From positions 600,001 through 632,000 of the forward strand of contig NZ_CP046534.1 of NCBI RefSeq assembly GCF_009827135.1: a stretch of DNA of 32,000 nt, given 5' to 3'. The notes below the pieces were generated by a model that was not told where the DNA came from, searched no databases, and saw only the letters and a program-made list of their open reading frames with translations. The DNA is from Blochmannia endosymbiont of Camponotus nipponensis (GTDB taxonomy: Bacteria > Pseudomonadota > Gammaproteobacteria > Enterobacterales > Enterobacteriaceae). Positions 1 through 11,919 of this stretch are shown in pieces. A program made the translations under genes and the position numbers. Within the stretch, counting starts at the first letter, position 1; the number at the start of each line of letters is the position of its first letter.

Positions 1-191
1 GGCAAGGACCTTGGTTTCCTCCTGTTATTTGGTTTTTTTGTAAAACTTTTTTATTTTTAATGTTGTTTGTATTAATACGCGCGGCATTACCGCGTCCACG
101 TTACGATCAAGTTATGTTGGTAGGTTGGAAGATTTTTTTACCTCTTGCGTTATTTAATTTGTTAAGTACCGCTGTTATCATTTTGATATAA
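1..191 (+). CDS. nuoH: NADH-quinone oxidoreductase subunit H, 3' end only (the gene starts upstream of the window)
   Basis: Frame 3 is open from base 3 to TAA at 189-191. It translates to ...[41 protein letters not shown], matching the conserved NuoH C-terminus (E. coli ...[25 protein letters not shown]...). nuoI follows directly, as in the nuo operon. Confidence 0.9.
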   Translation, partial: QGPWFPPVIWFFCKTFLFLMLFVLIRAALPRPRYDQVMLVGWKIFLPLALFNLLSTAVIILI

Positions 192-215
192 TTATTAATA
201 TAGGTTAGATATATT

Positions 216-761
216 ATGAAGAAGTTAATACAAGTTTTTATAGATATCGGTTCTATATTGCGTAGTATTTGGATGATAGGCATTCAAGCGTTCAGTAAGC
301 GTGAGACTCATATGTATCCTGATGTTCCGTATATTCCTTCACCGAGATATCGTGGTAGAATTGTATTGACTCGAGATGATTCAGGTCAAGAGCGTTGTGT
401 GGCTTGTAATTTATGCGCTGTAGCTTGTCCAGTAGGGTGTATTTCTTTAAAAAAAGGAGAATCTGTAGATGGACGGTGGTATCCAGAATTTTTTAGGATT
501 AATTTTTCTAGATGCATTTTTTGTGGCATGTGTGAAGAGGCATGTCCAACAGCAGCTATTCAATTGACTCCAGATTTTGAGATGAGTGATTTTAAAAGAA
601 GTGATTTAGTGTATGAAAAATCTGATTTATTAATTTCGGGTCCTGGAAAATATTCGGAATATGATTTTTATCAATTTTCTGGTAAAGAAATATTGGATAA
701 AAAAAAAGGAGATGCTAAAGAAGAAGCGAAGCCTATAAGTGTTAAAAACATATTGCCTTAA
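216..761 (+). CDS. nuoI: NADH-quinone oxidoreductase subunit I (2x[4Fe-4S] ferredoxin-type subunit)
   Basis: 181-aa ORF with two CxxCxxCxxxCP motifs ([24 protein letters not shown]). Length and sequence match E. coli NuoI (180 aa), and the operon position fits. Confidence 0.96.
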   Translation: MKKLIQVFIDIGSILRSIWMIGIQAFSKRETHMYPDVPYIPSPRYRGRIVLTRDDSGQERCVACNLCAVACPVGCISLKKGESVDGRWYPEFFRINFSRCIFCGMCEEACPTAAIQLTPDFEMSDFKRSDLVYEKSDLLISGPGKYSEYDFYQFSGKEILDKKKGDAKEEAKPISVKNILP

Positions 762-793
762 CTTAAATGAAGAAGGTTAATGAGGAATATTAT

Positions 794-1348
794 ATGACGA
801 CTTTATTTTATGTTTCTAGTGTTATAGCGATATTATCCACGTTATGTGTAATATTACATTATAATCCAATGCATGCTTTATTATATTTAATAATTTCATT
901 TTTGTCTATATCATGTATTTTTTTTTCTTTAGGGGCATCTTTTGCTGGGGCCGTGGAAATCATTGTGTATGCCGGAGCTATCATGATTTTGTTTATATTT
1001 GTAATAATGATGCTTAATACGAAAACTATTACATCTGGTATACAAGAAGAAAATAGATTTTTGAGTCCTATATTATGTTATGGTACTGTGTTATTGGTAG
1101 GTATTTTATTTGTTGTTTTATTCTATATTGTGTTTGGATTAAAAGATTATATGATTAATACACATCAGTCAGTAATAGATTCAAAACAAGTTGGTGCTCT
1201 TTTGTTTGGGCCATATATATTAATGGTAGAGTTAGCGTCATTTTTATTATTGAGCGCGTTAATATCTGTGTTTCATTTGTCTCAAGAATATAAATTACTT
1301 GATGATGACTGTGTTACTTCTATTCAATCACCAGAATATCCAATATGA
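794..1348 (+). CDS. nuoJ: NADH-quinone oxidoreductase subunit J
   Basis: The ORF track gives 767..1348. Starting at ATG 794 ([14 protein letters not shown]...) gives 184 aa, the same as E. coli NuoJ (MEFAFYICGLIAIL...), with GAGGA at 782-786 as a Shine-Dalgarno. The conserved motif is [13 protein letters not shown]...[14 protein letters not shown]. Confidence 0.93.
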   Translation: MTTLFYVSSVIAILSTLCVILHYNPMHALLYLIISFLSISCIFFSLGASFAGAVEIIVYAGAIMILFIFVIMMLNTKTITSGIQEENRFLSPILCYGTVLLVGILFVVLFYIVFGLKDYMINTHQSVIDSKQVGALLFGPYILMVELASFLLLSALISVFHLSQEYKLLDDDCVTSIQSPEYPI

Positions 1349-1647
1349 TTCCTTTATTCCATGGTCTTAGTTTATCCATAATTTTGTTTGTATTAGGATT
1401 AATAGGTATAATAATAAGACGTGATTTATTGTTTATTTTATTAGGGTTAGAAATTGTAATTAATTCTGCTGCTTTAGCATTTGTGATAGTGGGGGCTTGT
1501 TTGGAGCAAGCAGATGGTCAGGTGATGTATATTTTAGTCATTACTTTAGCTGCTTCTGAATCTGCAATTTCTTTAGCATTATTACTGCAATTATATCGTC
1601 ATTATCATACATTACATGTTGATGATATTAGTGAGATGCGTGGATGA
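1345..1647 (+). CDS. nuoK: NADH-quinone oxidoreductase subunit K
   Basis: 100-aa hydrophobic ORF, the same length as E. coli NuoK. It has 4-nt ATGA-type overlaps with nuoJ and nuoL, and the operon order fits. Confidence 0.95.
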   Translation: MIPLFHGLSLSIILFVLGLIGIIIRRDLLFILLGLEIVINSAALAFVIVGACLEQADGQVMYILVITLAASESAISLALLLQLYRHYHTLHVDDISEMRG

Positions 1648-3530
1648 ATCTACTTGTTTGGACTATATTTTTTCCGCTTTTAGGGTTTATTGCGTTAGCT
1701 ATTTCTCAAGGAAGATGGTCTGAAAAGACTTCTGGTATAATAGGAGTAGGTGCGGTAGGTATATCAGTATTTATTAATATATGTATTGTGTTTGATTTTT
1801 ATTGTAATTCTAGTAATTGTGTTGCTTTTGTGTTTGTTCAAAAACTTTGGACATGGTTTTCTATTGATGCTTTATGTATTAGTGTGTCACTTAGATTAGA
1901 TGGATTGTCTTTGATTATGTTATCAGTAATTACTGGAGTTGGATTTTTTATTCATTTATATGCTGCTTGGTATATGAGCGGATGTGAAGGGTATTCTCGT
2001 TTTTTTGCTTATACTAATTTATTTATGGCAAATATGATTCTTTTGGTACTTTCGGATAATTTATTGTTGATGTATTTTGGATGGGAAGGCGTTGGTTTAT
2101 GTAGTTATTTATTAGTTGGGTTTTATTATTTTGACTCTAAGAATGGAATAGCAGCTTTAAAAGCATTTATTACGACGCGTTTTGGAGATATATGCTTGAT
2201 ATGTGCATTGTTTATGATTTATGATCAATATCATACTTTAAGTGTTAGCAAACTATTAATGTTAGAATTAAAATGTTCATCGCAGCATATTTTTAATGAT
2301 ATCACATGGATATCTTTTATGTTGCTCATCGGAGCAATAGGTAAATCGGCTCAATTACCTTTACAAACTTGGTTAACAAGCGCTATGGTTGGTCCGACTC
2401 CAGTATCAGCATTGCTGCATGCAGCTACTATGGTAACTTCTGGTGTATATTTAATAATTCGTATGAATAATTTTTTTGTGATGACCCCAAGCATTTTATA
2501 CTTGACTGGAGTTATTGGTGCGTTAACTGTGGTATTATTTAGTTGTTCAGCGTTATTTCAAAGAAATATTAAAAAAATTTTAGCCTATTCTACTATTAGT
2601 CAAATAGGATATATGTTCTTAGCTCTTGGAGGACAACATTGGGATGCAGCTATGTTTCATTTGGTGACACATGCTTTTTTTAAAGCGTTGTTGTTTTTAG
2701 CTGCGGGTTCATTAATTTATGCGTGCAGGCATGAACAGAATATTTTTAATATGGGAGGATTATATAAATTTATACCTTTAACTTATATTTGTTTTTTAAT
2801 AGGTGGGTTATCTTTATCTGGAATACCTATTATTACTGCTGGAGCTTATTCAAAAGAAATGATTATGTTTGAAACGTTAGCTAATCATGATTATTTTTTC
2901 TTATTATCTGGATTAATAGGAATGTTGTTAACACCGATATATACGTTTCGTATGATTTTTATTGTGTTTCATGGTAAGAATAAGATGAACCCACGTGTGT
3001 GTAATAAATTTATTCAAAATTTTCCTTTAATTATATTATTGGTGTTATCTACGTTTATTGGCGGATGGATAAAATTACCTGTATTGGAAGATACAGTGAA
3101 TATTAGTTCTAATATAATGTGTAATCATAGTCAAATATATTTTGAAATAGCGTCTGGGTGTGTAGTAATTTTTAGTATTTGGTTAGCGTCAATTTTTTGG
3201 ATGGATTCTTTATATAAAAATATAAGACAGGTTATTAGATCTCATATACCAGCAGTAGTAGTACGATATGTAATATTGTTATGTTATTATGGCTGGGGAT
3301 TTGATTGGTTTTATAAACTCATATTTGTAAAACCGTATTTATTTATAACAAAAAAATTATTTTATTCTGATCCATTCGATGTAGTAGTAAATGTTATAAT
3401 ATCATTATTAAGTTGGTTGAAGAATGGTTTGACATGTAGTGAAAATGGAAAATTAAGTTGGTATGTAGTATCAATGAATATAGGAGCAGTTATGATATTA
3501 ATCATGATATTGATTCATGATCGTACGTAA
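1644..3530 (+). CDS. nuoL: NADH-quinone oxidoreductase subunit L
   Basis: 628-aa ORF. Long stretches match E. coli NuoL ([60 protein letters not shown]). Confidence 0.97.
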   Translation: MNLLVWTIFFPLLGFIALAISQGRWSEKTSGIIGVGAVGISVFINICIVFDFYCNSSNCVAFVFVQKLWTWFSIDALCISVSLRLDGLSLIMLSVITGVGFFIHLYAAWYMSGCEGYSRFFAYTNLFMANMILLVLSDNLLLMYFGWEGVGLCSYLLVGFYYFDSKNGIAALKAFITTRFGDICLICALFMIYDQYHTLSVSKLLMLELKCSSQHIFNDITWISFMLLIGAIGKSAQLPLQTWLTSAMVGPTPVSALLHAATMVTSGVYLIIRMNNFFVMTPSILYLTGVIGALTVVLFSCSALFQRNIKKILAYSTISQIGYMFLALGGQHWDAAMFHLVTHAFFKALLFLAAGSLIYACRHEQNIFNMGGLYKFIPLTYICFLIGGLSLSGIPIITAGAYSKEMIMFETLANHDYFFLLSGLIGMLLTPIYTFRMIFIVFHGKNKMNPRVCNKFIQNFPLIILLVLSTFIGGWIKLPVLEDTVNISSNIMCNHSQIYFEIASGCVVIFSIWLASIFWMDSLYKNIRQVIRSHIPAVVVRYVILLCYYGWGFDWFYKLIFVKPYLFITKKLFYSDPFDVVVNVIISLLSWLKNGLTCSENGKLSWYVVSMNIGAVMILIMILIHDRT

Positions 3531-3609
3531 ATTGGAGTGATATTATTGATTATATACGAGAAAATGTAAATGTTTAGTCTATATGTCTTTATGAGAAAAA
3601 TAAAATAAT

Positions 3610-5154
3610 ATGTTATTACTTACCTTAATATTTGTTCCCTTTATTTTTGGATTATTATCTTGGCAATCAGAACGTTTTAAAAATTGGATGCCTCGTTGGA
3701 TTGCGTTATTTGGAATGGGTATCACATTTCTTATTGCTTTATTTTTATGGAAGTATGAGTGTCATGACGGTATGTTAAATGTGTATCCGATGAAGTATGT
3801 GTTTCCTCAATGGCGATTAGAATACATATATCCCTGGATCTCAAGATTTGGAATTAGTTTTCATTTAGCTTTAGATGGTTTTTCTTTGTTAATGGTAACA
3901 TTAACTGGTTTTTTAGGGTGTATGGCAGTGCTGTGTTCTTGGTGTGAGATTCAGCGTTATCCAGGTCTTTTTTATCTTAATTTGTTGTGGATTTTAGGCG
4001 GGGTCATTGGTGTTTTTTTATCAGTTGATATGTTTTTATTCTTTTTTTTCTGGGAAATAATGCTCATTCCGATGTATTTTTTGATATCCTTATGGGGACA
4101 TAAAGAGACAAATACAGGAGATCGTATTAGTACTGCTACTAAATTTTTTGTTTATACTCAATTTAGTGGGTTGTTTATGTTGCTTTCAATTATTACTCTT
4201 GTTTCTATAAATTATAATATAAATGGGGTGTGGTCATTTAGTTATCAAGATTTATTGAATATAATGTTACCAAGACATATGGAATATTTGCTGATGTTGG
4301 GTTTTTTTTTAGCTTTTGCAGTAAAAATGCCAATTGTTCCATTCCATGTTTGGTTGCCAGATGTTCATAGTCAAGCTCCTACTGCTGGGTCAGTCGATTT
4401 AGCAGGAGTGTTGTTAAAAACAGCGGCGTACGGATTTTTCCGGTTTGTTTTACCATTATTTCCTTGTGCTTCGCGATCTTTTGCGCCAATTGCTATGTGC
4501 TTAGGTTTATTAAATATTTTTTATGGAGCTTTTATGGCATTTGCACAAACTGATCTTAAGCGTTTAATTGCTTATACCAGTATATCGCATATGGGATTTG
4601 TATTGCTTGCAATTTATAGTGGTACTCAATTATCATATCAGGGTGCTGTCATACACATGATTTCTCATAGTTTATCTGTTTCTGGAATGTTTATATTGAT
4701 CGGTCAATTATATGAGCGAATACATACTAGAGATATGCGTTTAATGGGGGGTTTGTGGAGTCGTATGCATTTAATTCCTGCTTTTTCTCTGTGTTTTGCA
4801 GCAGCAACTCTTGGATTACCGGGTACTGGAAATTTTATTGGAGAAGTAACTATCTTGTTTGGTACTTTTCAAGTAGCACCTATTACTACAATAATAGCTT
4901 GTTTTGGGATAATATTTTCATCAATTTATTCTCTTATTTTAATGCAACGCGTATATTACGGACCAATATTTACTGCTACTCTTAGTAGAGGTGGTCTGCT
5001 TAAAAATATGACACCACGAGAAAAGTATATTATTATAATATTGTTATCGTGTCTTTTTTTACTTGGATTTTTTCCGCAATATATCTTAGACACTTCGTAT
5101 GCAACTATGCATAACCTCTATATTTGGTTGGAAAAATACAAGTGTTCGTTATGA
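3610..5154 (+). CDS. nuoM: NADH-quinone oxidoreductase subunit M
   Basis: 514-aa ORF with NuoM motifs (FFFFWEIMLIPMYFLISLWGH, VWLPDVHSQAPTAGSVDLAG, IAYTSISHMGFVLLAIY). Confidence 0.97.
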   Translation: MLLLTLIFVPFIFGLLSWQSERFKNWMPRWIALFGMGITFLIALFLWKYECHDGMLNVYPMKYVFPQWRLEYIYPWISRFGISFHLALDGFSLLMVTLTGFLGCMAVLCSWCEIQRYPGLFYLNLLWILGGVIGVFLSVDMFLFFFFWEIMLIPMYFLISLWGHKETNTGDRISTATKFFVYTQFSGLFMLLSIITLVSINYNINGVWSFSYQDLLNIMLPRHMEYLLMLGFFLAFAVKMPIVPFHVWLPDVHSQAPTAGSVDLAGVLLKTAAYGFFRFVLPLFPCASRSFAPIAMCLGLLNIFYGAFMAFAQTDLKRLIAYTSISHMGFVLLAIYSGTQLSYQGAVIHMISHSLSVSGMFILIGQLYERIHTRDMRLMGGLWSRMHLIPAFSLCFAAATLGLPGTGNFIGEVTILFGTFQVAPITTIIACFGIIFSSIYSLILMQRVYYGPIFTATLSRGGLLKNMTPREKYIIIILLSCLFLLGFFPQYILDTSYATMHNLYIWLEKYKCSL

Positions 5155-5184
5155 TTATATTGTAACCTAATAGGATTGTAATCT

Positions 5185-6696
5185 ATGATGATAATCACTT
5201 GGACACAAATAATTGCATTATTGCCTATGCTAATTATTGGAACAATGATGGTTATTGTTATGCTGTCTATTGCATATCGTCGCAATATATTTTTACATAC
5301 TTTATTAACAGTATTTGGATTTATTTTAGCTATGATGTCTCTTGGAATAGTGTGGCATCAAGGTGCGCAAAATGTTTTACAATTAATGTATATTGATAAT
5401 TTCTCCATATTATATATGATGTTAATATTAGTTTCTGGAGCATCGAGTGCCATATTGGCGTACAAGTGGTTACTGCTTTATCCAAATAATCGTGATGAGT
5501 TTTATTTGTTATTACTTATTTCTAGTATTGGTGGTGTTTTATTGGTAACCGCAAATCATCTAATAATATTATTTTTAGGAATAGAACTGATTTCTTTACC
5601 TTTATTTGGATTAATAGGTTATTCTTTTTTTGAAAAATTTTCTTTAGAAGCAAGCATTAAATATATTATATTGTCTGGAGTATCTTCATCGTTTATATTA
5701 TTTGGTATAGCGTTGATATATGCTGCAACTGGTTGTCTATCTTTCAATAATATTAGTCAGGTATTACGTTTAAATATTGCAGAATCATATCAACTTAATC
5801 CTATCATTTTAACAGCAGGATTAGGTATGATGATGGTTGGATTTGGATTTAAATTGTCATTGGTTCCTTTTCATTTGTGGACTCCTGACATATATCAAGG
5901 CGCACCATCTTCTATATCATTGTATCTGACAACTAGTAGTAAAATAGCTATAATATCAGTATTAATACGGTTGTTTATGGTGTTTCCTGAGCAATATAAT
6001 AAGATATTTTGCATATTTTTGTCAGGGACTGCATGTTGCTCAACGTTATTTGGTAGTTTAATGGCTGTTAAACAAAATAATATTAAGCGGTTTTTGGCTT
6101 ATTCTTCTATTGCACATATAGGTTATATATTAATTGGTGTAGTTTCGGTAGTATTACAGGCCAATAATTCTATTGCTTTAGAGGCCATTACTGTGTATCT
6201 AATAAGTTATTTGCTAACTAGTATAGGAATATTTGGTGTTATTGCTATAGTGTCTGCTTGTCGTCCTGATGGAGATACAGATTCATTACTTGCATATCGT
6301 GGTCTTTTTTGGCATCAACCAATGTTATCAGTATTGTTCACAATTGTAATATTATCTTTATCGGGTATACCCATGACATTAGGGTTTATTGGAAAATTTT
6401 ATTTGTTTGTTGTAGGAGTAAATAGTAAATTATGGTGGCTTACTGTTTTTTTAGCAATGAGTAGCGTTATTAGTGTATTTTATTGTTTAAGAATTATAAT
6501 AAATTTATATGTTAATCCTACAATTCGTTTAAATATTCACTCCAATACTACATCTAGTTGGATTTTTACTCCTAATGGGATAGTTGTGATTGTTGTATCT
6601 TTTTTTCTATTGTTCTTAGGATTATATCCTCAACCTATGATTTATTTGATTCATTTAGTACATCATCCAGCATTTCATGCGATCGGATCATGTTAA
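5185..6696 (+). CDS. nuoN: NADH-quinone oxidoreductase subunit N
   Basis: 503-aa ORF. Its N-terminus [19 protein letters not shown] resembles E. coli MTITPQNLIALLPLLIVG. Conserved motifs are [18 protein letters not shown] and [16 protein letters not shown]. It is the last gene of the operon. Confidence 0.96.
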   Translation: MMIITWTQIIALLPMLIIGTMMVIVMLSIAYRRNIFLHTLLTVFGFILAMMSLGIVWHQGAQNVLQLMYIDNFSILYMMLILVSGASSAILAYKWLLLYPNNRDEFYLLLLISSIGGVLLVTANHLIILFLGIELISLPLFGLIGYSFFEKFSLEASIKYIILSGVSSSFILFGIALIYAATGCLSFNNISQVLRLNIAESYQLNPIILTAGLGMMMVGFGFKLSLVPFHLWTPDIYQGAPSSISLYLTTSSKIAIISVLIRLFMVFPEQYNKIFCIFLSGTACCSTLFGSLMAVKQNNIKRFLAYSSIAHIGYILIGVVSVVLQANNSIALEAITVYLISYLLTSIGIFGVIAIVSACRPDGDTDSLLAYRGLFWHQPMLSVLFTIVILSLSGIPMTLGFIGKFYLFVVGVNSKLWWLTVFLAMSSVISVFYCLRIIINLYVNPTIRLNIHSNTTSSWIFTPNGIVVIVVSFFLLFLGLYPQPMIYLIHLVHHPAFHAIGSC

Positions 6697-6799
6697 ATAA
6701 TAAAAATATAATAAAAGAATTTTATGTTTTAAATGGTCTAACAAGTTAATTTTTGGGTATGTTAGTTGCATATACTTAATAGTATAATGAAAAATACGG

Positions 6800-7078
6800 T
6801 TATACTTGCAAAGTAATGTGTTCTATAGGAACACAACAGCAAGGCAGAATTTCATTGGAATGAATATAACCTAAGGGTTCTTTATAATATTGTATTTTTC
6901 CTTTTATTAAGAGAGAGCGACAACTGCCACAATAACCTGATCGGCATTGATAATTTAGCGATGGTACACGGTAAATTATCAATGCTTCTAATAAAGAACG
7001 ATATGTTCTACTATTATGTGTAAATTGTATATTGAAATATTTTTCTGAGCAAGTAAATATTTTACAATTGAAAATCAT
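6800..7078 (-). CDS. yfaE: 2Fe-2S ferredoxin YfaE (maintenance of the NrdB diferric-tyrosyl cofactor)
   Basis: The motif [20 protein letters not shown]...ILPCCC matches E. coli YfaE (YQCREGYCGSCRTRLVAGQV...ILPCCC). It lies directly downstream of nrdB, as in E. coli. The start is uncertain: ATGs at 7078, 7087 and 7105 are all in frame and all overlap the nrdB 3' end. I chose the shortest because E. coli YfaE is only 84 aa. Confidence 0.85.
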   Translation of the reverse strand: MIFNCKIFTCSEKYFNIQFTHNSRTYRSLLEALIIYRVPSLNYQCRSGYCGSCRSLLIKGKIQYYKEPLGYIHSNEILPCCCVPIEHITLQV

Positions 7079-8192
7079 TAAATTCATTGTCTTCGATATT
7101 GGCATCTATTTGGCCTACTAGATAAGAACCGGATTCTACTTCTTGTGGTGCTACTTGAACATTATCGGATGATAACCAAGAATTAATCCAAGGTATTACA
7201 TTAGATCTAGTGGAAAAAGGTGCTTTTAATCCAATGGCTTGCATACGTATGTTGGTAATATATTCAATGTATTGACAAAGTATATCTTTGTTGAGACCTA
7301 TCATGGAACCATCTTTGAATAAATAATCAGCCCAATTTTTTTCTTGTTCTGCAGCTATTAAAAACAGTGTATAGCTTTCTTTTTGGCATTCTGCGCTAAT
7401 ATCAGCCATTTCTGGATCATCTGCCCCAGAACGCATCAAATTAAGTATATGCTGAGTAGCATTTAAATGTAAAGCTTCATCGCGAGCTATAAATCGTATA
7501 ATTTTTGCATTGCCTTCCATTAATTCACGTTCAGCAAATGCAAAAGAGCAAGCGAAGCTTACGTAAAATCGAATTGCTTCTAATACGTTCACGCTAATTA
7601 AACATAAATATAGTTTCTTTTTGAGTTCGTGTAAGTTTACTGTGATAGTATTGTTGTTAATTAAATGAATACCCGTTCCTAATATATGATAATAGTTTGT
7701 TAATTCAATCAAATTATCATAGTATATTGAAATATCTTTCGCACGTTTTAAAATTTCTTTGTTATTGATGATATCATCAAATATTAAAGCTGGATGACTA
7801 ACAATATTGCGAATAATATGGGTATAAGAACGAGAGTGGATGGTTTCAAAAAATGACCAAGTTTCTACCCAAGTTTCTAATTCTGGTATAGAAATTAATG
7901 GCAGTAATGCGATATTAGGACTGCGTCCTTGAATGGAATCCAATAATGTTTGGTATTTTAAATTACTGATAAAAATGTGTTTTTCGTGATCTGGTAATGA
8001 TTGAAAATCTATACGGTCTTTAGAAATGTCTATTTCTTCTGGTCTCCAGAAGAAAGATAGTTGTTTTTCAATTAGTTTTTCAAAAATGGAATGTTTTTGT
8101 TGGTCAAATCGAGCGATATTTACTGGTTGCCCTAAAAACATTGGTTCAAGTAATTGGTTATTTTTATTTTGAGAAAAAGTTGTATAAATCAT
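7062..8192 (-). CDS. nrdB: Ribonucleoside-diphosphate reductase 1, beta subunit
   Basis: 376-aa ORF, the same length as E. coli NrdB. Iron-ligand and radical-site regions are recognisable ([38 protein letters not shown]). Confidence 0.97.
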   Translation of the reverse strand: MIYTTFSQNKNNQLLEPMFLGQPVNIARFDQQKHSIFEKLIEKQLSFFWRPEEIDISKDRIDFQSLPDHEKHIFISNLKYQTLLDSIQGRSPNIALLPLISIPELETWVETWSFFETIHSRSYTHIIRNIVSHPALIFDDIINNKEILKRAKDISIYYDNLIELTNYYHILGTGIHLINNNTITVNLHELKKKLYLCLISVNVLEAIRFYVSFACSFAFAERELMEGNAKIIRFIARDEALHLNATQHILNLMRSGADDPEMADISAECQKESYTLFLIAAEQEKNWADYLFKDGSMIGLNKDILCQYIEYITNIRMQAIGLKAPFSTRSNVIPWINSWLSSDNVQVAPQEVESGSYLVGQIDANIEDNEFNDFQL

Positions 8193-8265
8193 TGTTATTC
8201 CTTTGTTAAAGTCAAATTTAATTTATAATAATTTCATTATGCTACGAATAGTAGTAATTACATTT

Positions 8266-10548
8266 TTAAATTGTACAGGCGTCACTTGTACAGGTGTTTA
8301 ACTGATTATGTGATAGTGTTTTTTGTGTATCTTGAGCTCCATCACGGGTATTGTGGTAATATAATGTTTTAATGCCTAGTCTGTATGCATATAATAAATC
8401 TGCAAGTAGTTGTTTCATAGGAACTTTGGATGCGGGAAATCGATCAGGATCATAGTTAGTATTAGTTGAAATGGACTGATCGATAAATTTTTGCATAATA
8501 CCCACTAATTGTAGATATCCTCGGTTATCTGGTATTTTCCATAATAATTCATAAGCAGATTTTAACTTAATAAACTCAGGTACTACTTGGCGTAAGATTC
8601 CATCTTTTGAAGCTTTTATGCTAATGTAACCTCTGGGAGGTTCTATTCCATTAGTGGCATTGGAGATTTGTGATGAAGTTTCTGAAGGCATTAATGCAGA
8701 TAATGTGGAATTTCGTAATCCATATTGCCTAATATTAGCTCGTAAATCTTCCCAGTTATAATGTAATGGTTCATTAATAAAAAAATTAAGCTCTTTTTTG
8801 TACGTATCAATAGGTAAGAGTCCTTTTGCATATGAGGTATCTTGAAACCATTTACAAGATCCTTTTTCTTTAGCTAAATTATTGGATGCTCTTAATAGAT
8901 AATATTGAATAGCTTCGAAAGTACGATGTGTTAATTTATTAGCACTACCGTCTGAATAGCGTACCCCATGTTTAGCGAGATAATAAGCATAATTAATTAC
9001 TCCAATCCCTAAAGAACGTCTTCTTACAGCACTGCGTCGTGCGGCAGGAATGGGGTAATCTTGATAGTCTAATAGAGCGTCAAGAGCTCGCACTATTAAA
9101 GTAGCAAGTTCAGATAAGTCATCAAGGTTTTCAATATTACCAAGATTGAAAGCAGATAATGTACATAAAGCAATTTCACCATTATAGTCATTAATGTGAT
9201 TTAAAGGTTTTGTTGGTAATGTTATTTCCAGGCACAAATTAGATTGACGAATTGGAGCAGTGATATTATTAAAAGGACTATGAGTATTACAGTGATCTGT
9301 GTGCTGAATATAAATTCTTCCAGTAGAAGCTCGCTCTTGCATCATTAAAGAAAACAGTTCTATTGCTTTAATTTTTCGTTGCCTAATTTTTGGGTTATTT
9401 TCATATGTGTTATATAAGTGTTCAAATTCATTTTGATTAGTGAAAAAAGATTCATATAATCCTGGTACATCAGATGGACTAAATAGTGTAATATATTTTC
9501 CTTGAATCAGACGTTGATACATTAATTTATTGATTTGTACTCCATAATCTAAATGACGTATTCGGTTAGATTCTGTACCGCGATTGTTTTTTAATACAAG
9601 TAGATGTTCTATTTCTAAATGCCAAATAGGATAAAATAATGTAGCGGCTCCTCCACGAACACCTCCTTGGGAACATGATTTTACTGCCGTTTGAAAATGT
9701 TTATAGAATGGAATACATCCAGTATGAAATGCTTCTCCGTTACGTATTGGACTGCCTAAGGCTCTAATACGTCCAGCGTTAATACCTATTCCAGCACGTT
9801 GTGCAACATATTTTACAATAGCACTAGATGTTGCGTTGATAGAATCAAGGTTGTCATCGCATTCGATGAGTACACAAGAACTGAATTGTCGTGTTGGTGT
9901 ACGCACTCCAGACATAATAGGTGTTGCCAAAGAAATTTTAAAAGTTGAGATTGCATTGTAAAATTGTTTGATATAATTCATGCGAGTTTTTTTAGGATAT
10001 TTAGAAAATAAACAAGCTGCGATTAATATATATAAAAATTGAGCGCTTTCGTAAATTTCTCCGGTTACTCGGTTTTGTACTAAATATTTACCTTCTAATT
10101 GTTTTACAGCAGCATACGAAAAATTCATGTCTCGCCAATGATCAATAAATGTATCCATTTGTTCAAACTCTCCTGTATTATAATCATCCAATAAATGTTT
10201 ATCGTATTTACCAATTTTTATTAATCGTAATACGTGATTGTAAAGTTTTGGTGGTTCAAATTGACCGTAAGCTTTTTTTCGTAAATTAAATACTGCTAAA
10301 CGTGCTGCTAAATATTGATAGTCTGGTTCTTCTTCAGAAATCAAGTCTGCTGCTGCTTTTATAATTGTTTCTTGAATTTCGGCAGTTTTTATTCCGTTAT
10401 AAAATTGTATGTGAGAACGTAATTCTACTTGTGAAACAGAGACTTTTTCTAATCCTTTGGCAGCCCAATTGATAACTCGGTGAATTTTATCAAGATTAAT
10501 AGGTTCGTGATGACCGTTTCGTTTAGTGACTAGTAGAGCTTGGTTCAT
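8266..10548 (-). CDS. nrdA: Ribonucleoside-diphosphate reductase 1, alpha subunit
   Basis: 760-aa ORF (E. coli NrdA is 761 aa). It has an N-terminal ATP-cone (MNQALLVTKRNGHHEPINLDKIHRV), the active-site stretch SNLCLEI and a C-terminal CxxC-type tail (TCTSDACTI). Confidence 0.97.
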   Translation of the reverse strand: MNQALLVTKRNGHHEPINLDKIHRVINWAAKGLEKVSVSQVELRSHIQFYNGIKTAEIQETIIKAAADLISEEEPDYQYLAARLAVFNLRKKAYGQFEPPKLYNHVLRLIKIGKYDKHLLDDYNTGEFEQMDTFIDHWRDMNFSYAAVKQLEGKYLVQNRVTGEIYESAQFLYILIAACLFSKYPKKTRMNYIKQFYNAISTFKISLATPIMSGVRTPTRQFSSCVLIECDDNLDSINATSSAIVKYVAQRAGIGINAGRIRALGSPIRNGEAFHTGCIPFYKHFQTAVKSCSQGGVRGGAATLFYPIWHLEIEHLLVLKNNRGTESNRIRHLDYGVQINKLMYQRLIQGKYITLFSPSDVPGLYESFFTNQNEFEHLYNTYENNPKIRQRKIKAIELFSLMMQERASTGRIYIQHTDHCNTHSPFNNITAPIRQSNLCLEITLPTKPLNHINDYNGEIALCTLSAFNLGNIENLDDLSELATLIVRALDALLDYQDYPIPAARRSAVRRRSLGIGVINYAYYLAKHGVRYSDGSANKLTHRTFEAIQYYLLRASNNLAKEKGSCKWFQDTSYAKGLLPIDTYKKELNFFINEPLHYNWEDLRANIRQYGLRNSTLSALMPSETSSQISNATNGIEPPRGYISIKASKDGILRQVVPEFIKLKSAYELLWKIPDNRGYLQLVGIMQKFIDQSISTNTNYDPDRFPASKVPMKQLLADLLYAYRLGIKTLYYHNTRDGAQDTQKTLSHNQLNTCTSDACTI

Positions 10549-10941
10549 ATAAGTACATACCTATTGTAAAATACTGATAATGTTAATCATAGTAATTCAT
10601 AATGAGTAAATTATAGCTCAGGTCTACGGTAAATTGATGAATTAATGATGACATAATAATTTTAATGTGTAGAAATAGTAATAATTAAATAGCAATACAA
10701 GTAAAGAATGTTATGTGATTCTAATTTAGTATAAGTATTATTAAAAATTTAATTGTAACTGATTACATTGAAAAATATTGTGATTATTTTATACTACATT
10801 ATTTTTATTTTAATTTTAATTAAAATCAGCATGATTATATGATGGAGAGTTATTTTTTATAATTAAAATGTAAAATTGTTTTATGATGGTACAAATATTT
10901 ATTATTTATTGAGAACAAAATCATATTACATAGAGGAGCGT

Positions 10942-11670
10942 TCATTGTTTTAGTTGAGCATGTAAAATATAGTTCGTATTAACGTTTTGTGTTAGGGTAC
11001 ATTTACATGTGAAAGGATTATAACATAATCCAGTGATGTTTTTTTCTTCCAAAATAGTGGAATCAATCCATTCTAGTAGTTCAGATGGAGTAATAAATTT
11101 ATTAAAACTATGAGTACCCTTTGGAATAATATGTAAGATATGTTCACAACCTATTATAATGAACAACCATGATTTAAAAGTACGATTTAATGTGGAAAAA
11201 AACACTGATCCACCTGTTTTAATCATGCTAGAACAGGCATGAATGACTGATAGGGGATGCGATACATGTTCTAAGACTTCCATACAGGTTATTACATCGT
11301 AATGATTAATATGATTTAAGGCGTGATATTCTATTTTTTCTTGTGTATAAAAAATATTTAGATCTTGGTGTAAGGCATGTGATTTTGCTTCTTCTAAAGC
11401 AGAAGAATTTATGTCTAATCCGACGACTTTCGCACCTGCTTGTGCCATACATTCAGATAAAATACCTCCACCGCATCCAATATCTAATATTTTTTTACCG
11501 AACAATCCATTACTGCGTTCAATAATATACTTAAAACGTATTGAATTGATGTGATGCAACGGTTTAAATGTATTGGAAGGACCCCACCATTGAGATGTGG
11601 ATGTATTAAAGTTATTAATGTCTATATGTTTTTGATTTTTTATAAGTTTATTAGTAATTGTGTCTTTCAT
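10942..11670 (-). CDS. ubiG: Ubiquinone biosynthesis O-methyltransferase
   Basis: 242-aa ORF with the SAM-binding motif ILDIGCGGGILSE. It also has VITCMEVLEHVSHP and VFFSTLNRTFKSW, matching E. coli UbiG (240 aa). It is divergent from gyrA, as in E. coli. Confidence 0.95.
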   Translation of the reverse strand: MKDTITNKLIKNQKHIDINNFNTSTSQWWGPSNTFKPLHHINSIRFKYIIERSNGLFGKKILDIGCGGGILSECMAQAGAKVVGLDINSSALEEAKSHALHQDLNIFYTQEKIEYHALNHINHYDVITCMEVLEHVSHPLSVIHACSSMIKTGGSVFFSTLNRTFKSWLFIIIGCEHILHIIPKGTHSFNKFITPSELLEWIDSTILEEKNITGLCYNPFTCKCTLTQNVNTNYILHAQLKQ

Positions 11671-11919
11671 GTTAAGATTTTATTAAAATAGAAATATGAA
11701 ATTTTATAAATTTAATGTTAGTGAATGAATTACTCATATATAAAATTATTAGTTTGTTAAAATATGGTCTTAAATTGGATTGTGTGTTTAACATGATAAA
11801 CTTATTTATCTTTGTAAAACAATTTAAATATTACTAAAACGGCTTATATTATAATTTAATAAGTGATTTATAAATGATTTTTAGTTTATAACTAAAAAAT
11901 GAATAGAGGATATAAATGC

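Noticed and set aside
767-793. Upstream alternative starts suggested by the ORF track: nuoJ at 767, gyrA at 11899, porin at 15115 and folE TTG at 19071.
   Set aside because: Alignment to the E. coli N-termini supports the internal ATGs for all four genes (794, 11920, 15121, 19098). For nuoJ, gyrA and the porin, Shine-Dalgarno spacing also favours the internal ATG (GAGGA 782-786; GAGGA 11906-11910; GAGG 15110-15113). The folE choice rests on the N-terminal alignment alone, since only a weak AGAGA precedes 19098.
833-841. DnaA-box-like TTATCCACG (8/9 match to TTATCCACA).
   Set aside because: It is a single copy inside the nuoJ coding sequence, with no cluster or AT-rich unwinding context. It is most likely a coincidence.
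4755-5396. ORF-track entries 4755..4985 (+) and 5199..5396 (+), nested in alternative frames of nuoM and nuoN.
   Set aside because: They lie wholly inside well-supported genes. Their translations are low-complexity (Y/F/N/S-rich), with no recognisable family, start context or Shine-Dalgarno.
10549-10941. Search for NrdR boxes (palindromic acaCwAtATaTwGtgt pairs) or DnaA boxes in the nrdA upstream spacer.
   Set aside because: I saw no convincing match on either strand. The regulator may be absent from this reduced genome.
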